DNA from: Centroscyllium fabricii
Taxonomy: Eukaryota
DNA length: 64,000 nucleotides
Reading direction: 5' to 3'
NCBI GenBank assembly: GCA_051313645.2
Contig: JBNRSN020000005.1
Coordinates: 82,274,001-82,338,000, forward strand
Shown piece by piece: positions 36,222 to 49,868 of this stretch; positions within the stretch are counted from its first letter, which is position 1; the number at the start of each line of letters is the position of its first letter. Under the pieces are notes generated by a model that was given only the letters and a program-made list of their open reading frames with translations, searched no databases and was not told the origin of the DNA. The translations under genes and the position numbers were made by a program.

Positions 36222-37408
36222 GCGGCACGGTGGCATAGTGGTTAGCACTGCTGCCTCACAGCACTGGAGACCCGAGTTCAAATCCAGCGTTGGGTACTAT
36301 CTGTGTGGAGTTTGCACATTCTCCCCGTGTCTGCGTGGGTTTCCTCCGGGTGCTCTGGTTTCCTCCCACAGTCCAAAGATGTGCGGGTTAGGTTGATTGG
36401 CCATGATAAATTGACCCTTAGTGTTAGGGGGAGTGAATATGTAGGGTTACGGGGATAGGGTGCGATATGTGTCCGTGCAGGCTTGATAGCGATATGGGGA
36501 GGGGGTGGGGTGCTGGGTTTGGATGATCAGCCATGATCTCATTGAATGGCGGGGCAGGCTCGAAGGGCCGAATGGCCTACTCAACACGGGGAAATGCGAG
36601 GTGATGCACTTCGGCAGGGCAAATAGGAAGAGGGAATATAAGGTCAACGGCAGGATCCTGAGTGAAGCAGAGGAGCAAAGGGATCTGGGAGTATATGTAC
36701 ACAGATCACTGAAGGCTGCCACCCAGGTGGACAAAGCAGTAAAAAAGGCCTATGGTGTATTGGCCTTCATCAACAGAGGAATAGAGTTTAAGAACCGGGA
36801 GGTCATGCTGCAACTGTACAGGTCACTGGTGAGACCACACGTGGAGTACTGTGTGCAGTTCTGGGCACCGTACTACAGGAGGGATGTGGAGGCGCTGGAG
36901 AGAGTGCAGAGGAGATTCACCAGGATGCTGCCGGGAATGGGGGGAAAGTCATACGAGGAACGGTTAAGGGAACTGGGACTCTTCTCCCTGGAACGGAGAA
37001 GGAAGAGGGGGGACTTGATAGAGATGTTTAAAATGATGAAGGGGATCGATAGAGTAAACGTGCAAAGACTGTTTCCCCGGGCGGGAAGAACGTCAACAAG
37101 AGGACACGAGCACAAGATTCAAGGAGGAAGATTCAGAAGGGATGGAAGGGGCAAGTTCTTTACACAGGGAGTGGTCGGGGAATGGAATAGGCTACCATCT
37201 GAAATAGTGGATGCGGACAGTCTGGGTGCTTTTAAAAGGATGATAGACAGGTACATGGAGGGGAAGGAACAGTAGGGGGGACAGGAAAAATCAGAGACGG
37301 ACTAAGGGCGGCACTACATTGAGGGCCCAAGGGCCTGTACAGTGCTGTATGTTCTATGTTCTATGTTCTATGTCCTGCTCCTATCTTCTATGTTTCTATG
37401 TTTCTATG
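36222..37408 (+). mobile_element. HE1-type V-SINE (alternative tail) split by a CR1 insertion
   Basis: Head and V-domain from 36222; tail breaks at AATGGCCTACTC (36582) and resumes CCTGCTCCTATCTTCTATGTTTCTATG (37374-37408); TAATGCG at 36218-36224 and 37409-37415 is a likely TSD. Confidence 0.9.
36583..37372 (+). mobile_element. 5'-truncated CR1 LINE, ORF2 C-terminus uninterrupted
   Basis: KCEVMHFG, RDLGVYV, LYRSLVRPHVEYCVQFWAP, LERVQRRFTRM, WNRLP; (GTTCTAT)n tail. Confidence 0.95.
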
Positions 37409-38379
37409 TAATGCGTTACCTAGAGTTTACAAGTACAAATTTCTGAATTTCCTTTTTGAAACAAAATATTTAATGGCAAATTTAAGGAAATACAATTCTG
37501 GTTTTACACAGTAGTGATAAAAGTAACAGCTGGTAAATTATTTTTTGAAATGGATTGGAATTCTAATACAAGCAGACATGGTTTCAAAATTACTTATTAA
37601 ACAAGAGTTTAAAGGAGATCCCTCATTTCAGACTGATTTATGGACATTTTCAAAAGGGAACTGGATAGATGTTTTGTTGAAGGATAAAATGTCACCTTTT
37701 GGGCAAGGTAGTGATCAAAAAGATTGTAGTTTTGTGCATGCAGTAATTGGAGGACAAGAACAGATTGTTGCATGGGTTGACGCAATAAATTGAATTTGCA
37801 CTGAATGACCGTTTCTCATTTTGAAGATTTATGTGCTAAGGCTATACAGTATCCCAAAATTCACAAACCCCTTGTAACCACAGATTGCACAGCATTTCAA
37901 ATTCTCCCCTGAACACAGATTAGACTGCATTTACCTCACATGTTTACCTCGCCTCCTGATTGCGCAGCATACCCTACTCATTCACAACTACCTCTTCACC
38001 GTAGAACACCGAATTCTGCATTTTTTTATTCTTTCCTGGACACTGTATGCCACTCATTGGTAATCCCTCCTGTTGTAGGCACTACATTACATGAACTCTT
38101 GTTCACTGGGGAAGTAAGGGAACAGCTTTATACTAATGATTTTCAGACTGAACTAGTAAACTATTCCCAAATGCCAAGGGAATCCTAATTGACCATAAAT
38201 ATTGCAATAGTTTACAAAACATTACCTGCCCTGGACTAAAATAGTATGTACATTGACATAATGGTATTGACCCCATATACTTATTTACATTAGTCATACC
38301 TTACAAATTCTATCCAAATTAATGCTCCAAATCATGCATACTGTACATTAACATTATAGATCCCAGTTGTGTCTGTCTC

Positions 38380-38680
38380 TGTAACCTCCTCCAATCCTAC
38401 AGCCCCCTGAAATCTCTCTGCTCCTTCCATTCTGGCCTCTTGTGCATCACCGATTTTCATCACTCCACTTAGGCCCTAAACTCTGTAATTCCTCCCTAAG
38501 CGCCTCTGCCTCTGGATCTCTTCTCCTTTATCGCTCCTTAAAACCTACCTTGGTGACCTCACCTGTCCTAATATCCCTTTATGTGGTTCCGTGACGCATT
38601 TTGTCTGATTACGCTTCTGTGAAGCGCCTTGGGACGTTTTTACTACATTAAAGGCGCTATACAAATGCAAGTTGTTGTTG
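38380..38680 (+). mobile_element. L2 LINE 3' end fragment
   Basis: Reverse-homologous to 12358-12700; ends GCGCTATACAAATGCAAGTTGTTGTTG. Confidence 0.85.
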
Positions 38681-39693
38681 TGTGTTGATGCCAGGAGCAT
38701 CTATTTTGTTGGATATTTGAAAAGGAACACATCCTATCCTCTTGTTAAGTCCAGTTTCACATGGTTATCAATGTGACAAATATGGAAAGGAAATACAATA
38801 CATCATAGGGTTAAATTAATTCAGATTAATGCCTTGGCTAATAGAATCATTTATTGCAGTTGTTGTGGTTCAAGAGCTGACTGAAGCAGTTGTTGAGCAG
38901 TTGCTTTTCACTCTCGAGATTTCGCACTGTCTTTAATTTGTTAAAATCATCAAGAGCTGCCTGTTTGTGGTTTTCCTCATAAATTCTGTACATTCTCTTG
39001 TTAGCAAAGTGTTGTGTACACTAAATACAAAAGCGCCTTGTGTCTTGGGCATAAATTACCTCTGTGCGTTACTGTCTCTGAATGGGCTCCCCAGTTATGG
39101 ATTACTTTGTTCTAGACTTGACAGGAACATAATTAGAGCTGTTGATGAAATCTACAAAATTGTTCCTCAGTGGCTTCAATGGTTCAGAAATTCAGCACAG
39201 CTATATTTGTCAGCACCAAAGGGCTCTAAACAATTTATATTAACTATATTATTATGTACAAGTCATTATTCTTGGCTAATATTCTTTGCGTTTTCTTGCC
39301 AGTGCACTTGATCTATTTGTTCACATGTAGTTTTTCAGTTTGTAATTTTTATCATGTAGACGAAGGCTAACGTAGGTAGATCGATAATGCTGATGGTTCA
39401 TTTGTCTAAGTGATGCATTTTCTTTGGCTATCTCTCAGGCATGCATCCTTGTTTTCTTTTGTTTCAGTCATTATAGAATTAGCATTTTTTTCTTTAGCAG
39501 ATAAGTATTTCCCTGATCAAAGCCACTTTGAATTCATACGGTCACAATCGCAGCAGCAGTGTAATAGGAAACTATTTCCCACCTTTCAAAAAAAAACAAA
39601 TAAACCTTAGGCCTTTCAGAACTCAATTTCTCATCAACAGCATGTCGTCTGTATTGTATAACTTGAAACATTTGTTTAAAAGAACTTAAAATA

Positions 39694-40044
39694 CAGGAAA
39701 CGTTTTGATATCCGGCACCGACGGGACCAGCGTGTTTCCGGTTTATCAAAATTTCCGGATAACGGAGAAGGCTACTACTGAGGCTTTTTTTTAACAAAGA
39801 AACATTTTTAAAAATCAAGGAATGTGCAGTATACAGTAATTGGGTACTCACCTGCAGAATGTTGTGTTAAATGGATGTGGATTGTGGCAGTTTGTAGAAC
39901 TACCCCCACTGATTAACTCAGCCGCCACACCGGACTCGGACTCGGCAACATTGCTGGTTATTGAGATGTTGTTTTCGGATGAGAATTTTACCGGTTAGTA
40001 GAGAATTCCGGATATCTAGGTGCAAGATAATAAAGAGCTTCCTG
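39694..40044. mobile_element. Decayed Tigger-like MITE
   Basis: TA-CAGGAAAC... left end, ...GCTTCCTG right end; repeated TCCGG/CCGGATA subterminal motifs. Confidence 0.5.
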
Positions 40045-42776
40045 TGTGTAGAACAGGAATAGATCACCTAAATTACTGCCCGATGCACTGTTTATTAATT
40101 TTATGTGGCCATGGATCGTAGTGTTTCTGAAACATTGTCATTTACTTACATTACCTCGTGGGTGCCAGGGGCATGTTACTTGTGCCCACTTTGACAGTTG
40201 AAGTGTTTTTTGGTGGTTAATAATTTTCATGCACAATCAATGGTTGTCATTTTGGAGGGGGAGTGCCAAGAAACTCTGATCTGATCCATTCATTTGTTCT
40301 ACTCTGGCAGCGCCTAAAGCGGCCTACACTGAAACATGCGGAGGGCAGCTGAGCAGCCAATCAAAACTTTTGAGGGGTCCGGACAGAATTCACTATGTAG
40401 GATAGAAAGCGATTTATTGTTTGTGTGGTCCTGCATTTGAAAGGGCTTCAGTGCACAAAGTGGCTGTTTCTTAAAGGATGTGCAGCGTGCAAATACAGCA
40501 GTTACCGTGTAATGTATAAACCAAACACAAAATGAAAACAAACATGAAACCAAGTTAGCAAGAATTTTTTAAGTGGTGCATTCTTACAGACACCTGCTAA
40601 GAAGTTTTCTGTTTAATGATAATGATCATCTTGGACATTTAACTTTTAAATGGGCAGCACCAGTAATTCAAACTTGACCAGTAAATTCTGTGTTAGTACT
40701 GTTTTTTCGCCCTTAATGCAATATTGTAATCATTGGTTGATCCATTTTAGTCTTGAAGAACTTCAGAATTTCCCATTATTTTCTGCAGAGGCTGTTGAGC
40801 TGATTGTGGCCTGACTCATCCAGAAAGGATTAAAGGTGCAATAGTATAGCGAATGATCTAGCTCAATAGCATACAATATCCAGGCAAACATCTGTACCTG
40901 ATATTGATATTCAATATATTGTTTTTCCCTGTAATAGAAATGGATGAGGGCCAAATGTTATTTTAGATCTTGAATTCACTGACAAACATGACGTTTTTAA
41001 ATATTTTTTGTTTAAAACAACACTGCGTTGTGGCCCCTTCATTTCAGCTGAAAAAAATGCTAACCTTGTCATAGTGAGTGCGATGGTGCAGAAATGATAA
41101 CTGTATGTTTTAGAAAGACATCTTATTTAAATCCTGAATACAGGCATGCCTCACATTCATTGCTCAATAGCTCCTGAAGAATTGCATATGGATTAGGAGG
41201 ATGAATATTCCATTATTTCAGTATATTGTGCTGATCTTCTTCTTGGGACTTTATGTTCAAAAAAACCTGCAAGGAATTCAGCCTTTCCATCTTAGATAGC
41301 AATTTTGACTGTGTGTAAAGCACTTGATATTGTATTATTTGCGTGCTGGGGCATTTTATTGTGCCTAAATTTGCACTTGTTAACTTTCGTTGAAACACTA
41401 CTTCAATATTTCTGGATATTAAAGATGTCAGTTATTACCAAAAGTAAATAAAAATGCATAAGGGAAGGAAATGTAATATTGAACCTTTCTTTAGTGCTAA
41501 TCCTTATTGAGTAATCACAAAAGATGATTAAGTATTGTGTAGTTTCCACATTGCTGATTTTTATGTAGCCTTTAAACCCATTTGTCTGTGGTTTAGAAAA
41601 AAATAGTTAATCTTATTTGCTTTTAGACTGTGCGTGAGCATGGGTTGAAATATCTTTATTTGTATTTCATGCACATATGCATTCTACATGTTTATTATGC
41701 ATTCATGATCCATAGGTTATCTTGAGTAGGTCTGTGGTGATTAATTGATTATAATTGATTGAAACATTTTAATCAACAGAAATTTAATCAATTAATTGAC
41801 TTGTTATCGAGCAAGCTGGTACAGGCGTAGTCCAGTACTGTCTGCTCATTTGATCTGGTTGTTCTGATCGTATTCTTCAAAAGAATGTTGGGATTGTTGT
41901 AATAAAACACAAATACAAATATATTTTTGGCCTTCAGTTTATGAACTGAGCAAAGTGCATCAGTGATCTGAATAAACTAGGGTTTATTCTGCGGAACTAC
42001 TGATATATTACTGTCATATGCAAGAGGCAGAAAATGTAGTGAACGCGGAAGCTGTGCCATTTTTATGAGAAATAATGTAGTGAAGTGTTTTCTAATTATA
42101 GCAATTGACAGAGTTCGATTACCAAAATAGTCAGCTGGAACTGCCTTGATCGTAAGTAATAGTGTATTGTGAGACTTTAGGCTAAACTAGCTGCTTTGTA
42201 TGGAAATTCTCATCACCATATATTTCTCCTATCTCATTCCTATCTTGGCACCACCGTCATGGCAGTTGCTTTTGCCATTCTGTATTGGCTAACAAGAGGT
42301 GTATTTGTCGTGTTGAATGGAACCCCCTGTCAATTTATTTTCCCCCTCTTAAAAACAAAAGGTGGAGTTGTTCAGAATTATAGCTACTGGCCTGGCTAAG
42401 AGCCAATTGAATTTATGTGGCCAGAGGAGCCAAGTCCGAATGCCACTCGAGGCTGACATTGGAGCCTTGTGCCCCAACATGAGAGTCCACTGGTTTGTTG
42501 CCGTGCATCTCCCACCAGTCACTATTGTAAACTAATTTAGATTGATTAGCTTTATAGGACAAATAGTATTCAGATCAATCTGTTTGATATCTTTTGATGG
42601 GGTTTATGTCCTATATGCCAACATCACTGAAGACATAAAATTGTATTATGGTGTAGTTCCACATGTAACATCAGCCTCTAGTCTCTTGCTGAAGAGCCCA
42701 TTCTTGGTATGTGAGCTTGACAGCAAATGTCATCGGGCTATTGGAACATGGGGGAAGTCACATACAGGCACTTTCC

Positions 42777-43535
42777 GGGGGGGGATTTTCATGTCCCCGT
42801 GAGGCGGGAATTTCGGCGGGTCAGCCATCAAAATCGCGGAACCGGCGGGTCGCGACCCCCCCCCCCCCCCGTCGGATCCCCGCCGCTTTGACATTTTCCC
42901 CCACCCTGACTCCCCGAAGCCTTCCCGCCGCCGGCCAGCAGGGATGGATTGTCACTTTCGTTAAGGGCCCTTAATTGGCATGTGTAATGCCATTTTAAGG
43001 GCCCTTCCAAATTTTCATGCCATTCCCATCCTAACCCCGCTGGTGAAACCCAGCGGGAGCACAGTGCTGTTCATTACTTTCTCCTTCAAGGTGTTGAAGG
43101 ACATGTCGCAAAATGCTTCGCAGGCCTTCAGCACCTTAAGGAGTAAGTCACTCCGTGGTGGATACACTAGCTATGGGCAAAAACTGAGAAATCTCAGCTT
43201 TGTACATTTCCTGACAGCCGGTGACTAGCTATCAAGGATTTGGAGCCCGCCTGCCCACCCACCTGTCAGTCACCAGCACTTGACCTTTCCCATTGGTTCC
43301 ACTCAATTGTGATGTCACAATGGAGTGTTTCCATGGGAACTGTAAATCAAGCTCCTCACAGCCGGCTACAGCTCCGACTCAATTGAATCAATTACCACCG
43401 GCTGCCGCATGCGGGGATTTAATTACTCAATTAAATTAAAATTGCGTGGGGTTCCCAAGTCTTTGGGTGGGCGGGACAGGAACCCGCCCCGACCAATCCT
43501 CGCCAGGTTCCCGCACTTCCGACAAAATCACCCCC
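42777..43535. mobile_element. Harbinger-type MITE family C
   Basis: TIRs GGGGGGGGATTTTC / ACAAAATCACCCCC, TSD TCC; reverse-homologous along its length to 55339-56148. Confidence 0.85.
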
Positions 43536-46245
43536 TCCATATGGAGTCACATGTGGGCACTCAAGTTTTTCCCTTTCCTAGCCCAGGGATGCTGAGGCAA
43601 ATTGTAACACTCCTGACACCTGGCTGAGATTGTTTAACTCAGCGATCAACCCTGGATTTTCTTGCTCTGTGTGGCTCAGTTCCACACTGGCCAGTGCACT
43701 TGACAACTGAACAAATTGAGGAAGTACCAATCCAATTCATAAGCGTAGTGAATTATGGTAAGTCTGTACAGATTTGTAATGAACTAGACCGAATTGTTTT
43801 AAGGGTTATTAATGAGGCCTGAGAGGGCTCACTACTAAGCACTATTGTCTGTGTCTGTTGTAGTTTCAAATAACTTGTATATATTATAAATAAAAGATTT
43901 GGTTGAATACTTACCTCTGTGTAGGTAATGCAAGCTAAATCGTTGTTATTGATTTTGGTGGTTTTTGATAGATATTAACTAGGTTAGAAACAATGTAAAA
44001 TATTACTGTGGTATCCCGAGGTTCTCCAGACTGAACTGGGAGATATAGGTAAATGCCCTAAAAAGAGAGAGAATAAATAGAAAATGCAGACAATGGCCAC
44101 ATTATGTGCCAGTCCATAAGTATATAGTTCTACTCAGTAAATATATATTAAGTTTTTTGATGTTGTGACAGTTTTTGTATTTTTTGTTTGCTCTCTGGTA
44201 CCTTTGCCTTGGATGACACTTATCCTTTATGCATCTTCATGTAGCTGAAAGGATGGGACAGCTAGGCTGCAAACAGCCAAAGCTGCTGTCAGTTCCACTC
44301 TACAATTTGTTCACAAAAACCATGGGCCAACAGTTTCTCTTTGTGCGTGTGTATTTGTGTATCTGTTCCCCTCCCTCTACCCCTGTGAGTACGTGGCCCT
44401 CTCTTATTCTTTTTCTTTCTCTTCACCTCTATTTTTGTTTGTCTCCTTTCTTTTCTTTTTAGTTTTCTCTTTTTACTCTATCTTCTTTCCTCTTTTTTTC
44501 TATCTATGACTTGCTCTAGTTTTCTCTCCCGTCCCCCCTCCCCCTCTCACTGAGCACCCCCCCCCCCCCCCACCCCCACCCTCACAGCTCCTTTTCTTTC
44601 CTCCTCTCTTGCCCCCTCCCCACCCCAGAGCTGGAATGCCGAATGCTTTCCACATGGCTCTTCATCTGGTGGCGTGGCCAAGGACTGATGAAACTTGACG
44701 GAAGCAGGTGGATGTGAGCCTTGGGAATCAACGTCATAAAGACAAGTGCAGTATTATTTCTTTGTTGTTCAGGATATATTTGCAGCCAGCTATATAACAC
44801 GTGCATCTGGCACAATATTAAATATAAGTAAAAAATATATATAATTGCTGTTAAAAAGGACACACTACATATTTTGATACATTAACATTTTGTTATTATG
44901 TCCCTTATTAGTAAAAGATTGCAGTATCAAATACATATCTTTTTCATCTGGCAACTCAGGTTTTCTATTTTTCTGCCAGTTTATGCACAAATAGTAATCT
45001 GTACTCTGAACTAGATTTTGTGAATGAGAATTTGGCTAAATATACCTGTAAAGCTTATATTCTCACTGAAATAAGTAAAAATATGAAACACTTTTCAGAA
45101 ATGTTGCCAAAACATGCTATGTTATTGAAAGAATTAAGAACAACCTGGATCATTGAAAACCAATTGGACATCTGTGGCATATGCACAGGTGCAAATATGT
45201 CTGTTAAAACAAGTGGGTATTTTACCAGCGCTGGTGACAGTGGCCGTTCTTTCATGAGTGCTGCGGGTACATGTGAGTTCTGACAGTATGTTGCGCAAGT
45301 GGAAGAACCCCCTGGGATTCCCACCCTTCCCCTTCCCTAGTGAGAGATTCTTTTTATTCTGTGGGTACACTGGTCCTTCTAAAGATGTAAGCTTTCCCTT
45401 TTAAATTTAATAGTGTGTTGTGCTGCTGCTGACACGTAAGTGTTTCACATACGGGAGTTATTTTTTTGATTTTTACACATGTGAAATGATGATCCCTTTA
45501 GGCAGTGAGATGACCAGCCATGCCCGCAGAATAAACTGTTTTGTACTGTAGTTGAGTAGTGATTATTGCCAGTTCAGGATATCGCTGCAGCACAGTGAAC
45601 AGCCCCGTGATTCCCTGTGAACTGACCTATCTTTTCACAGTCCTTTCCACACTCTGTTCCCTGCTTTGAATCCCTCTCTGTCATCAGGAGAAAAAAAATG
45701 ATTTGAAGATCGCCCAATTTGTTCTGACATAAAGAGATGTTTAGCTTTGTGAAAGGTGGTGGCAGTGGTGGTGGGCTATGTCTGACTGACAACTGAACAG
45801 TGTGTCTGCCGGGGCTGTTCGCGTCATGTCCTTTCATATTCTTGCTATGTCCTGCATGACTGCAGTTTGATCTCTGCGGCTAAATATCAACAGACCCTTG
45901 GATTTTAGAGAAATAAAATCCCTGGAACTTAACACCTCGCAGTCCTATGGTATGAATCGAGAACACAGCAGGGTAGCACAGTTATGTGCCTATTCTGGTA
46001 ATGTGGAAAGCACCAACTTTACACTAGTTTCTAAGGCTTGTTTGCGTAGAGAATTGGATTAAATTCAGATTGAATTGATTCAAATTTGATCAGTCTGTGT
46101 AGGCTTCTCTCTCCCACTTTGCAATAGAAAATTAAGCGTATATAGGAGGCAGGCACTTGAAGTGGTGGGTCCTACACAGCCTTTCAACCACAGTGTTGCA
46201 TGGTACATGTCGCATACTAGTTTTATTTTAAGAATGTGCTTCCTT

Positions 46246-47536
46246 ATTCAATTCAGTTCAATTCAATTAAATTCAATTTTATTGTCATTGCAGTGTACTA
46301 GTACAATACAACGAAACGAACACTCGCCGCTCCCGACAGTAGTGCAAATAAGTTGCATACAATTGCATACAATAAAGTACATTTCAGGTGTGCAGATACT
46401 GGAGTTTTTTGTTAGAGTTCAGGAGACTGACAGCCCTGGGGAAGAAGCTGTTCTTGAATCTGGTCATGCGGGTGTGAATTGATCTGTAGTGTCTCCCGGA
46501 GGTCATGGGGGCGAACAGACTATGGCTGGGGTGTGTGGGGTCTTTAATAATGTTCTGAGACCTCCGTAAGCAGCGTTTCAGGTAGGTGTATTCAATTGAT
46601 GGTAGCTAGGTGCCGGTGATTCGTTGGGCAGTTTTGACTACCCGCTGCAGGGCCTTCCGGTCCGAGATGGTGCAGTTTCCATACCAGACTGTGATGCAGC
46701 TTGTCAGTATGCTTTCAATTGTGCGGCAGTAGAAGTTGGTGAGGATGCCAGATGTCAGCTTGGCCTTTTTCAGCTTCCTTAGGAAGTACAGGTGCTGTTG
46801 GGACTTCTTTATCAGAGAGGAGGTGTTTAGTGACCAGGAGAGGTCTTCCGAGATGTGGACCCCGAGGAACTTGAAGCTGGACACCCTTTCCACCTCAGCC
46901 CCTTGGATGAAGATGGGGGTGTGTCTTCCACCTTTAGTCTTCCGGAAGTCCACTATGATCTCCTTGGTTTTCTTGGTGTTTAGTGCCAGGTTGTTGTCGG
47001 CACACCATCCCACAAGGCGCTGAATCTCATCCCTCTAGGCTGACTCATCGTTGTTGGTGATCTGGCCAACCACCGTGGTGTCGTCCGCAAACTTGATGAT
47101 CTTGTTGGAGCCATGGACAGCTGCACAGTCGTGGGTGAAGAGGGAGTAGAGGAGGGGGCTCAGCACACAGCCTTGTGGGGCCCCCGTGTTCAGGGTAAGG
47201 GGGGTGGGAGGTGAAGTTGCCTAACTTCACAGACTGTGGTCTGTTGGTTCGGAAGTCCAGGGTCCAGTTGCAGAGGGAGGTGTTCAGGCCAAGGGTGAGG
47301 AGTTTGGTAGACAACTTGCTGGGGACAATAGTGTTGAATGTAGTCTATAAACAGCATTCTGATATAGGTATCTTTGCTATCCAGGTGGTTTAGTGCAGAG
47401 TGAAGAGCCGTTGTGATTGCATCTTCCGTTGATCTGTTTCCTCAATAGGCGAACTGGTATTGGTCGAGGGCGGCGGGGACGCTGGCTTTGATGTGGGCCA
47501 GGGCCAGCCGTTCAAAACACTTCATGATTACGGTGT
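46246..47536 (-). mobile_element. 5'-truncated Rex1/Babar LINE with decayed RT
   Basis: MKCFERL...[103 protein letters not shown]; (TTGAA)n-like tail. Confidence 0.92.
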
Positions 47537-49753
47537 GTGCAGAAATCCATTTCCACTTGAGACTTGAAATTATTTCAATATTTTTTTTTCCGGAGGGGAA
47601 ATCTAGACTGCATTGCTCTTCAGCGTTTATATGATGTAGATTGAGCATATTGAATCTAAATGAATAAGTTATGAAAATATAACTAGAAGAGCCTTATTAA
47701 TTTTCTTTGTGCCTTTGAATTGAGGTTGTTTGGGGTCAGTTTTAACTGAAAATAAATTTTATAGTAGTCCAATACTTTATGGAAATAGGGGAATAAACTA
47801 CAAAAAATTGTCATAAGGAATATGTGAGCATTTCTGGTTGGAGTGTATATAGGAAGTGAGTCACGAAGCAGAGAAATGTAAAATGTAAAGATTCCTTCAG
47901 TGTTAAGAGTATGTTGAATAATTTAAGATCTGACATAAAAACTTGGTTACTTTTGCCATTTAAAATGTGCTGAAACACTGTGCAGTATGTGAACATAGTG
48001 TAGCCTCAGATTTGTCCTTTTCTTTAATGCTGCAAGAGATAAAACTACTTGTAGTAAGCACTAAGCAGAATGGCTAAACCAATCTAAATCATGTTATTCC
48101 GCAGATAGTGACTGTGTTTCTAATTGGCTTGCAGCAACATGACATTTCGAATCATCTTGTGAAATTATACAGTACCTTACAGGAAGAAGCTTCTTTAGTT
48201 TGTTTTGATGGGAGAACAATCAATTTGATAAGTGGTAACACATCTCATTGTCTCAAATTAATTATACTAATTGCTTGATGTTAGCCTTCAGAACAAGCCG
48301 AGCCTGGAGAGGAGCAAGGCTATGGCCCTCTGCATGCAGTGTGAGTGCCAGTTCCAGTTGCCTGCACACAGACTGGATACAGCATTGTTAGAATTCAGGT
48401 CTGCACCCTCGCTGTCAGTACTGGTTCTGCTGTAGTCAAGTTCCTGCTCTGAGCAGAGCAAATCTTTGCTCAGTTAAGTGAGCCTCAGTCACTGTTGCAC
48501 TTTCAAAAGGCTTGGCCAACAGCCCAGGTTTGTTAGGCTTCCGAAGCTTCACCTGAATGAGATATTGACTGGGCTTTGTTACCTGAACATCTCCAAATAA
48601 CACTGAAAAAAGATTTGATGATTAAATTGTCATCGAATGGCAGTGTGATTTCAAAGCTTGTGGCCTCCAGTGGGATTGTCCATCTAAGATTTTTTTGATT
48701 GAAATGTGCTTGTGTCGGCATTGTCCTTCCAGCCTGGCATTCCAACTCTTGTGCACTTTTCTCAAGATTTATTTAATTTTGCTTCTTTTTCCTAAGATGC
48801 CACCATTGTGATGACTCTATTTGTTGCTTGAGGGACCCCCTTTTTTTAATTCTAAAGTGGTGTTTGCAGCCTTGACACCGTATCCTGTGAAGCGTTGCTG
48901 TGTTGATTAGCAGAAAAACAATTCCCTTGTGGGCGCAGTACCATTTTCCTGCCCTCTTGTAAATTCAGAACAGCTGAGAGCCAAGCAGTAACCCTATATA
49001 TCTGGAGCACCTGGTCTCTAGGATTGGGTTACTGCAACTTTATTGTGGTTTTAAAGGTCAGTACTCAGCATGTGCTGCATTTCTTCAGAGGTGCTTATTC
49101 TAGCAGCTTATTCCATGATAACACATTTGTCGACTGAAGTCACAACTAAACAAAAAGAATGAAGAACATCTCAAGCATCTCACCTTCCAAAACAAGTATG
49201 TAATAATAACCAGCTCTGCCTTTGATCCATAGTACAGTGCCTTTAAATGTACTGTAGGAAAGGTGATGTCAGATGCAATGATACTCGATTTTAAAAGTTA
49301 CATTCGGTGTCTAACTTTGCACTGTAATGGAAGCAGTCAGAGGAATTGTTGTATTAATGCATTATCCCCTGCTTTCAGGTGCAATGTTATAACTTCACAT
49401 CAGGAACGTCTTTAATTTGGAAACTACTGTAGCAAGCAAAAACTTCCTCTTATCGAATCATCTTTGTCAATCGAATACTAGAATGTACAGGGAATGAGTC
49501 CGTGCCTCAGCAAATGCTCTCTTAATTGTGCATTGGCATCAATAGAATGACATGACATGTTAAATGACATGAACTGTGTCAATGTAAATTTTGATTTTTT
49601 TTTTCACCGCTTTGTTTACTTTGCATTTTTTCTTCTTCTACTCCCCATCCCTCCATATCTGCAGGTTTTTTTGGGTGGTGAGGGGATTTGAGGCAAACTT
49701 CCCCACGCCCTGATCAGCATTGCTCTTCTGTTCACTAACCAGGAAATATAACT

Positions 49754-49868
49754 GGGGGTAATTTAAATCTAACCCGCTCGGGATCAGCTCGGCTTTCAAT
49801 GGAAAGTAAAATCGGACGGGGTGTCTGACCTGATCCCCCTCAGGGCAGGTTAGGTTCAAATTAACCCC
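49754..49868. mobile_element. Mini hairpin MITE
   Basis: GGGGTAATTTAAATCTAACC pairs with GGTTAGGTTCAAATTAACCCC; inner GGGATCAG / CTGATCCC. Confidence 0.6.

Noticed and set aside
36505-37275. 256-aa ORF as a host gene
   Set aside because: It is a SINE tail fused to the CR1 ORF2 C-terminus, starts at GTG and lacks the RT core.
48292-48346. Possible short exon (CAG acceptor, GTGAGT donor)
   Set aside because: Weak polypyrimidine tract and no recognisable peptide; needs RNA-seq or conservation evidence.
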